Positions 9,027-15,055 of a stretch of 17,172 bases of DNA are shown here, in pieces. The notes under the pieces were generated by a model. The model was not told where the DNA came from. It did not search any database and saw only the letters and a program-made list of their open reading frames with translations. The DNA is from Armatimonadota bacterium (lineage in GTDB: Bacteria; Armatimonadota; Hebobacteria; CAIYQO01), in the NCBI GenBank assembly GCA_038248345.1, contig JBBRXO010000058.1, positions 1-17,172 of the forward strand. The letters run 5' to 3'. Position numbers and translations under genes: made by a program. Within the stretch, counting starts at the first letter, position 1. Each line of letters begins with the position of its first letter.

Positions 9027-9061
9027 CTGGCACCATTTGGTGCCAGCCTTAGTGGCACCAA
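9027..9061. repeat. TGGCACCA/TGGTGCCA repeat cluster, putative integrase arm-type sites
   Basis: Inverted repeat CTGGCACCA-TT-TGGTGCCAG (9027-9046) plus TGGCACCAA (9053-9061). Confidence 0.65.
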
Positions 9062-9161
9062 TATAGCTACTTTATTATAATTACTACTCATTATCGTCAC
9101 CGTTTATCGAATACTAACGAGCAATTTTTCGTATTACAGGCTTGCAATAAATGCTAAAGCA

Positions 9162-9175
9162 CAAACATTTGTTCT
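9162..9175 (-). promoter_or_regulatory. Possible LexA (Cheo-type) box
   Basis: Minus strand AGAACAAATGTTTG fits the GAAC-RNRY-GTTY core. Confidence 0.4.
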
Positions 9176-9184
9176 ACTAATTCT

Positions 9185-9291
9185 GCAACTGCTACTCTCT
9201 TCGCTAACCACGGAAAAAGTGCACAATTGTACACACTTTGCGTATCTGCCCCTAATGCGGGCATCTCAGTGATGAGCAGTAGTTGCTCACA
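9185..9291 (-). ncRNA. Putative structured non-coding RNA
   Basis: Lies directly downstream of a strong promoter with no credible ORF. 9274-9286 pairs with 9185-9197 (11 Watson-Crick pairs, 1 G-U, 1 mismatch). Internal hairpins at 9247-9263 and 9216-9239. Confidence 0.4.
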
Positions 9292-9297
9292 AAGATA

Positions 9298-9326
9298 AAT
9301 ATACCACTTGATTGAATGGCTGTCAA
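9298..9326 (-). promoter_or_regulatory. Near-consensus sigma70 promoter with extended -10
   Basis: TTGACA (9326-9321), 17-nt spacer ending in TGG, TATATT (9303-9298). Confidence 0.75.
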
Positions 9327-9347
9327 CGGCATTGTGTCCGCAATCCC

Positions 9348-10508
9348 TCACATCCCCCGCAGTCCCATACGAAAACCTGGTGGCATGACTGGGGCTTCAC
9401 CGTCCTTATATTCTGACGCTCCCGCAGCTGTGCTTGTCACCTCTTCGCCCAGTTTGTCGCGCAGGGGTGTACTTATGAAGAGCGGCATTGATGTTCGCAG
9501 CACGGTGGCGAGGAGCTTGCGGGGATCCTGGGTTAGTTGCTCCTGCTTGTCATAGGGGCCGATCAATATCCGGTCGAATGTTTTGCTGGGTATTTTGATG
9601 GGTTCCGTGGGGACGAGCCAGAGCGAGCAGGTGGTTTGTTCATTCGCTAAACAGTTGAGCAGGGAATCCATCTGCTGCTGCGTGGTCACCTTCATGAGCA
9701 GTTCGACGTTGTCGGGCACCGATCGCAGGGATAAGACGTGCTGATATTGCCGGGACCAGAGCAGGAAGGTGCAGCCGGAGATGGATGAAAGGAAGTCGTG
9801 GAGTTTAGCGATGAGCTCTGGCTGTGGCGTCAGTATAAGATCGCTCAGCGGATTGACGAGGATCATTGGGTTGTCCAGCGGTAGATTGACCCACTGCGGT
9901 CGGGCGTTGTTGTTGAGCAGTTCCATTGGGTTGAACTTCAGCACCTGGGCACCATCAGCCGCCTGCTGATATACATCGAGACGGTAGGAGATGTAGGGAA
10001 AGGTGTCATCCGCGGTGAGGAACTGGCGAAAGTCGAGCATCTGCGCGGTGCGCATGGCCGCGACTGCCGCCTTTACAGTATCGGCCGTCAGAGGAGTTTT
10101 GGTATCCTGCTGCAGCTTCACCGCGCCCTCCCAGGCGCGCAACTGCAATTCTTCATTATGTAGGATCAACAATTGCCGCACCTGCGCTTCATTCTGCGGC
10201 AAATAACTGACGGGCAGATTCTCCGCCAATTGATGGTCGCACAGTCGCTGGTAGACTTTACTCACCTCGATTTTGATGAATGCGGTGTGGCGCGGCAACG
10301 CCCACCTCTTCTGGCAGTAGTCGGCGAAGCAGGTGTAATTGAAGATGGTTCCGCGAAACAGCCCTTGCTCTTTGATGGCCGCCAGCGCAGTGCCGACGCT
10401 GACGAAGTCACCCATGCTTGACGCCAGTATATCTTCACATTGCTCCAGCGTTTTTACCGCTGCAACTTCCGGCTCCATTACATCCTCACTAATGCTCTGC
10501 TCGATCAT
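9348..10508 (-). CDS. Paralogue C: HTH-like N-terminal domain plus degenerate DUF5131/Gp37Gp68-like domain
   Basis: N-terminal: FVSVGTALAAIKEQGLF...FADYCQKRW...PQNEAQVRQL...LTA. C-terminal: ILVNPLSDL...FLLWSR...PDNV...VTTQ...FDRILIG. ATGA overlap with the upstream stop at 10505-10508. Confidence 0.8.
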   Translation of the reverse strand: MIEQSISEDVMEPEVAAVKTLEQCEDILASSMGDFVSVGTALAAIKEQGLFRGTIFNYTCFADYCQKRWALPRHTAFIKIEVSKVYQRLCDHQLAENLPVSYLPQNEAQVRQLLILHNEELQLRAWEGAVKLQQDTKTPLTADTVKAAVAAMRTAQMLDFRQFLTADDTFPYISYRLDVYQQAADGAQVLKFNPMELLNNNARPQWVNLPLDNPMILVNPLSDLILTPQPELIAKLHDFLSSISGCTFLLWSRQYQHVLSLRSVPDNVELLMKVTTQQQMDSLLNCLANEQTTCSLWLVPTEPIKIPSKTFDRILIGPYDKQEQLTQDPRKLLATVLRTSMPLFISTPLRDKLGEEVTSTAAGASEYKDGEAPVMPPGFRMGLRGM

Positions 10509-11761
10509 TTGCGATTAGCCTCACTTATCATGTTCATCATTCGTTTCTTTCTGGCTCCTGCGTCTGTTGTTGGCGACGATACCCGATCGTGGATATTGGC
10601 TGCCGCCTGCTCAGCAGATATCACATCCAAAATAACTTGCGACACCGCTGCTTTCGCTTTTTTGGGCAATACCGTCGCCTCCCGGGCGAAGGTATTAGCG
10701 GCAAAATTACTTAGATGCAGCGGTACATCGGTATCCAGCAGCGATGCTACCAACTCGCGCAGTGCGCCGATATCATCGTCAGTCCGATCACTTTGCCAGC
10801 CAGGAGCGCCGATCAACACACGCGATAACTCGAGCTGCTTCGGTATCGTCAATCGCTCTTCCGGCACCACCCAGAGGGCGCATTGTGGTCTCAATATGCT
10901 GGTGTGCTTCCGCCAGTAGCTGGCAAATTCATCCACCTCCTGTTGTGTGGATACCAGAATCGCCAACTCCACACCTCTTGGCCAGATACCCCAGTTGTCT
11001 ATGCAGCGGAAATTCTTCGTCCAGAAGAGGAAACGATAGCTGGGTGTGCGCTGGCATAATTCATGAAGTTCACCGATGAAGGTATGCAAATTGTCGTCAA
11101 CCAACAGATCGTAGTCGGGATTGACGAGCACCAGCGGCAACACCGTGCCTGACGCGGGTGCCGCGATGGTTTCGGTGAATTGCTTGGGATCCAGCAGCAA
11201 CTCCGGTTTCCGGAAACCGAGAGGCGGTAGGCATACGTCCAGGCGATATCTGATCATGGAGAAGGACGAGTCCGCCGTGAGAAGCTGCCGGAACGAGGTG
11301 CTCCCCACTTTCCGCAGCTGAAGTACGGCTTTCCGCACCTCCGCGGCGGGCATCTTGCCGGTGCGGAATATATTGTTGGTCCATACCGCTACCGCGTTTT
11401 GCCAGGCCAGCAATTGCTCCGCAGGCTGGTGCAGAGCGAGCAGTTCGCGCACCTGCGTTTCACTGGTTGGCGACTCCAGCGTAGAGAAATCTGCATTTTG
11501 CAGACAGGCATCGAGCACATTCTTATAGGCGCGGTAGACTTTGATCTTCAGGAATGCGGTGCGCCCGGCCAACCCCCATTTCTGCTGGCAATAGTCTTTG
11601 AAGCAGGGGAAGCCGCAACTCTTATGCAGCTTCCGCTCTTTGATCTCGCTTAACGCTGCGCCGATGCTGACGAAGTCAGCCATGCCGCTCTTCAGCATCG
11701 CTTCATACCGCTTCAGTTCATTCGCCCGTTCTGTCCTCGCTGCCATGCTCATAGTCGGCAT
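10505..11761 (-). CDS. Paralogue B: HTH-like N-terminal domain plus degenerate DUF5131/Gp37Gp68-like domain
   Basis: FVSIGAALSEIKERKL...FKDYCQQKW...PTSETQVREL; VLVNPDYDLL...FLFWTKN...WPRGV...VSTQ...RVLIG. AAGGTGG RBS. Confidence 0.8.
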   Translation of the reverse strand: MPTMSMAARTERANELKRYEAMLKSGMADFVSIGAALSEIKERKLHKSCGFPCFKDYCQQKWGLAGRTAFLKIKVYRAYKNVLDACLQNADFSTLESPTSETQVRELLALHQPAEQLLAWQNAVAVWTNNIFRTGKMPAAEVRKAVLQLRKVGSTSFRQLLTADSSFSMIRYRLDVCLPPLGFRKPELLLDPKQFTETIAAPASGTVLPLVLVNPDYDLLVDDNLHTFIGELHELCQRTPSYRFLFWTKNFRCIDNWGIWPRGVELAILVSTQQEVDEFASYWRKHTSILRPQCALWVVPEERLTIPKQLELSRVLIGAPGWQSDRTDDDIGALRELVASLLDTDVPLHLSNFAANTFAREATVLPKKAKAAVSQVILDVISAEQAAANIHDRVSSPTTDAGARKKRMMNMISEANRK

Positions 11762-11773
11762 CCTTATTCCACC

Positions 11774-12865
11774 TTATTTGTACAAGAAGGGCAACAGCTC
11801 CGTGGCCACGTGTATAGCTAACCGCGGAGTGTGGGCCAGCGACTCCGTCAGCAGTTGACGAAAGGCCGCGATATCGTCGGTAGCATCTTCCGCCACCCAA
11901 CCGGAAGTCCCCACCAGCACACGCTTCACTGGCAGGTCAGCCGGCAAAGTAATCGTTTCATCTGGCAGCAACCACAGCGTATCCAACGGTATCCCCCCGT
12001 CCAGCAGCCCCTGGATTTGCTCAAAGTCCTGCTGCTGGGTGATACGCAGTACCATACTGATATGGCTGGGCCATTGTTCAATATCGCAGAAGGGGGTCAG
12101 GTCTTTCGCCCAGAGCAGATAATGCCAGGCGGGTTCCATAGCACAGAATTCGACCAGCTTCAGCAACTCGTTCGAGGAGAAATTACTGCTGGGGATATCT
12201 TTCTCCAGATCGATGAAAACAAATGGAGCTACGGTGGAAGTGCCGTCCTTGACGGCCTTCTCCGGCGCTTGATAGAGATCTAAGCCCATGAACTGATAGG
12301 TGACCTCTTCGGTTTCTTCATCGGTAATCCCCTCAATCATCAGTTCCCAGCGCTTGCGGATGCCTTGAAAGAGATGATCATCCTGCAGCTCTCCCGGCCA
12401 GGGATTATCGTCTGCCGCGGCTTTCACGAGTTTAACCTGTTGCGCCACCAGCTTCCCGGTCAGCTCAACATTATCAGCCACATAAATTTCGACGGCCTGT
12501 TGCCAGGCCGCCTGCTGTTGCTCCGCCGTTAACCCGAAGAGTTTGCGTACCTGGTTCACGTTAGTCGGATTGAACTGTGCACAATTGTGCACAACTTGAA
12601 ATACCTCATGCGACTGAATCTGCAGGTAGGCGTCGCGCTTGCTGAGATTGAACTTATCCCGACAATAGGCGATGAACCCACCCTCGATACCACGCGCAAG
12701 TTCCTTATCTTTGATGGTTTTCAGTGCCTCCCCCACCTTGAACGGCTCATTGACGGCGGCCAGAATGATATCCTCCTGCACCGCCAACTCGCGCTGCTCA
12801 TCATCGGTTAATGTGGGTGCCAGGTACATATTATATTGAATAATCGCATCGATTAATTCGTCCAT
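11774..12865 (-). CDS. Paralogue A: HTH-like N-terminal domain plus degenerate DUF5131/Gp37Gp68-like domain
   Basis: FKVGEALKTIKDKEL...FIAYCRDKF...PTNVNQVRKL...LTG; VFIDLEKDI...YLLWAKD...WPSHI...ITQQ...RVLVG. ATG 12865 with GGAGA RBS 5 nt upstream preferred over TTG 12877. Confidence 0.8.
   Translation of the reverse strand: MDELIDAIIQYNMYLAPTLTDDEQRELAVQEDIILAAVNEPFKVGEALKTIKDKELARGIEGGFIAYCRDKFNLSKRDAYLQIQSHEVFQVVHNCAQFNPTNVNQVRKLFGLTAEQQQAAWQQAVEIYVADNVELTGKLVAQQVKLVKAAADDNPWPGELQDDHLFQGIRKRWELMIEGITDEETEEVTYQFMGLDLYQAPEKAVKDGTSTVAPFVFIDLEKDIPSSNFSSNELLKLVEFCAMEPAWHYLLWAKDLTPFCDIEQWPSHISMVLRITQQQDFEQIQGLLDGGIPLDTLWLLPDETITLPADLPVKRVLVGTSGWVAEDATDDIAAFRQLLTESLAHTPRLAIHVATELLPFLYK
12576..12593. 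repeat. Perfect 18-bp palindrome inside paralogue A
   Basis: TGTGCACAATTGTGCACA, encoding VHNCAQ on the minus strand. Confidence 0.95.
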
Positions 12866-12883
12866 TTGTTTCTCCAATATATT

Positions 12884-12918
12884 TCCCCGCCGTCATCCGG
12901 ATTGAATGACGGCGGGGA
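12884..12918. repeat. Strong intergenic hairpin (13-bp stem, 9-nt loop) without a U-tract
   Basis: TCCCCGCCGTCAT...ATGACGGCGGGGA. Confidence 0.85.
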
Positions 12919-12927
12919 GGTTGCATC

Positions 12928-14757
12928 TTACCTGGTACGCACGATGACATTACGACCTTCATGTTGTTCAATCTGCGCTCCCGAAAGCGAATGAGAACGG
13001 ATTTCTTCTTCGCTCATGCCGGATTCTGCAATGATATCCTGCATACGACGTGCGATTGGCTCTGCCTCTGCTGATCTTCCACTATTTTCCAATGCATCCA
13101 CGACATTTTTTAGTGCTAGCGCAACATAGGGATGGTGCGCTCCAAGGCTTTCCTCAAAATGAGATAACACACTGCGATAGTACGGCTCCGCCTCCTGGTA
13201 CTGTTTTATGATACACAGATAATGCCCTACGTTCTGCATCGCCTCTGTTGTATTAGCCGTGCCCTCGCCCCAGGTGTCCTCGATGATCTGTACGGCGCTA
13301 CGAAGCACTTGTAGCGCCTCCGAGTATTGTCCGGCGTGATTAAGCAATACGGATATTTGTTTGGCCATATACGCAACAAAGTCGCGGTCTTCCTGCGTTG
13401 GAGCCCATTGTGTAAATGCAGCAAGATAGGCTTCCCCCATCTGTTGCTCTTCTCCCAGCCAGGCCCAATAACCGCGTACTTGCGAATAATCATTGGAGCC
13501 GGAAGAAAAATAGAAGCGATTGATATCCAGCAAGCAGGCGCGCAGCCGCTCGCGGTGCCCGGCCTGCTGCAGGGTCCAAAGGAGTTCATCGCAGGTGTGA
13601 CCAGATATCGGTCTTTCTACGAAATAATCCGCCAAATCCAGATAGGCTGCCTGGCGTGCGTCGGCATCAGGAACGAATAGCTCTTGTACCGCCTGACGCA
13701 GGCTACTATGCTCAATACTGAGGAGGCTATCGCACAGCAATATGTGTGGATCCAGCACCGGATCGACTGCGTTCCAGCATTCACAGGGTAATGGCGTGCC
13801 ATCCTCACCCAGCAGCATGATTAATTCTGCTGGGAGTAAACCATGGTGAGTGGCCCACAGGTGAGTGAGTGTACGGCGGAAGAGGTCGTGTGGCGCCGAC
13901 TGCTCCTGCGGTACATCCTGCTGCCAGTTGTTAATGAGACGCAGGAAAAGGTCGAGTGGATTATCGGCCTTCAGGTAGTGGTCAACGATGGGGTGCAGGT
14001 CTTTGCTGTTGCCCAGCCGCCGTAGCTCCTCCAGCATAGTGCGCAGGAAGAGCGGATTCTTCGTGCCAGCGGCGGTGACTAGCTGAGTTCGTATGTCGGC
14101 ATCAAGAGTCAAGTCAGCCAACTCGCAAAATAGGCTGATCATGGCATCAGTTTCATCCTCGGTAGCGAGGGGTAGCTTGTATTCGGCCCATTTCCACTTG
14201 CGCACTGCGTGGAGATCCGGCCCCGGAGTCACGGACGCGATCAGCGTGACACGCTCATGCAAGATACTCTTGATCCAATCCAGATTGGGCTCCGCGTCGC
14301 CATCCCGCAGCCGATCGAGGCCGTCCAGTACGATCACAATCTGCCCCCGTTCAGCCGCCTGCCCCAGCAACACCGGCACCATCTCGCACATCTTCGTCAT
14401 ATCAGTAGATACCTCACCGCGGAGGTTAAAATGGGTTTTCAAATCCTCCGCCAGTCGACGCAGGATGCTATACGGTGAAGCGCTATCCGGCGTGGTGCCG
14501 ATGTAGTGCTGAAAAATAAAGCCGCAGGCATGAAAATCCGCCCACTTGCGTGCCCAGGCCGCCAGCAGCGTCGTCTTCCCGCACCCACTCACCCCACTAA
14601 CCACAATCCCACGACCGCGTTCGTCCCCATCCTGCGCCACCAGTGCATCCAGCGCGGCCAGATGCACAGGACGGTCAATACCAGCAATCAGCCTACGCTG
14701 CGCATAAGCCGTCTGTTCGATCCCTTCACTCGGATCGTCGCAATAATCAATTATCAT
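12928..14757 (-). CDS. NACHT-like (NPHP3/TEP1-type) STAND NTPase with C-terminal TPRs and no N-terminal effector domain
   Basis: Walker A GVSGCGKTTLLA, Walker B IVIVLDGLD, NPLFLRTMLEEL, kinesin-light-chain-type TPRs (YQEAEPYYRSVL...LGAHHPYVA). AAGGAAG RBS. Confidence 0.88.
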   Translation of the reverse strand: MIIDYCDDPSEGIEQTAYAQRRLIAGIDRPVHLAALDALVAQDGDERGRGIVVSGVSGCGKTTLLAAWARKWADFHACGFIFQHYIGTTPDSASPYSILRRLAEDLKTHFNLRGEVSTDMTKMCEMVPVLLGQAAERGQIVIVLDGLDRLRDGDAEPNLDWIKSILHERVTLIASVTPGPDLHAVRKWKWAEYKLPLATEDETDAMISLFCELADLTLDADIRTQLVTAAGTKNPLFLRTMLEELRRLGNSKDLHPIVDHYLKADNPLDLFLRLINNWQQDVPQEQSAPHDLFRRTLTHLWATHHGLLPAELIMLLGEDGTPLPCECWNAVDPVLDPHILLCDSLLSIEHSSLRQAVQELFVPDADARQAAYLDLADYFVERPISGHTCDELLWTLQQAGHRERLRACLLDINRFYFSSGSNDYSQVRGYWAWLGEEQQMGEAYLAAFTQWAPTQEDRDFVAYMAKQISVLLNHAGQYSEALQVLRSAVQIIEDTWGEGTANTTEAMQNVGHYLCIIKQYQEAEPYYRSVLSHFEESLGAHHPYVALALKNVVDALENSGRSAEAEPIARRMQDIIAESGMSEEEIRSHSLSGAQIEQHEGRNVIVRTR

Positions 14758-14977
14758 AATGTCTTCCTTTCAACGGGACAGATAGGCCATGCCTTGTCAC
14801 CGTTTAATAAGGATAATCGATGCGATAGGACGTAAGCTGGCCTAGTGATTGGGGGAGGAAGATTATTTTTGAAGTTTTTTTTGGGGGGCGCAGGACAACG
14901 CAGTTGACTCATATAAATGTCCTCGTGTGTCATAATAGGACATAGTCACAGAGCAACACCCCAATGAATAAATCGTG

Positions 14978-15006
14978 TTTACATCGTCGCCTATATGCTA
15001 TATCAT
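14978..15006 (+). promoter_or_regulatory. Putative sigma70 promoter for the TIR-STAND gene
   Basis: TTTACA (14978-14983), 17-nt spacer, TATCAT (15001-15006). Confidence 0.5.
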
Positions 15007-15055
15007 TGTCACTAATTACCCGTTTGCCCGAGAAACTACTTTAAGGAGCGACTCA

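Noticed and set aside
9185..9295. c-di-GMP-I riboswitch or hammerhead ribozyme
   Set aside because: ACGCAAAG and GTGATGAG are present, but the GGCAAA/GNRA elements and the CUGAUGA...GAAA core are not.
9154..9351. 65-aa minus-strand ORF
   Set aside because: It runs through the promoter and inverted repeats and has no protein-like features.
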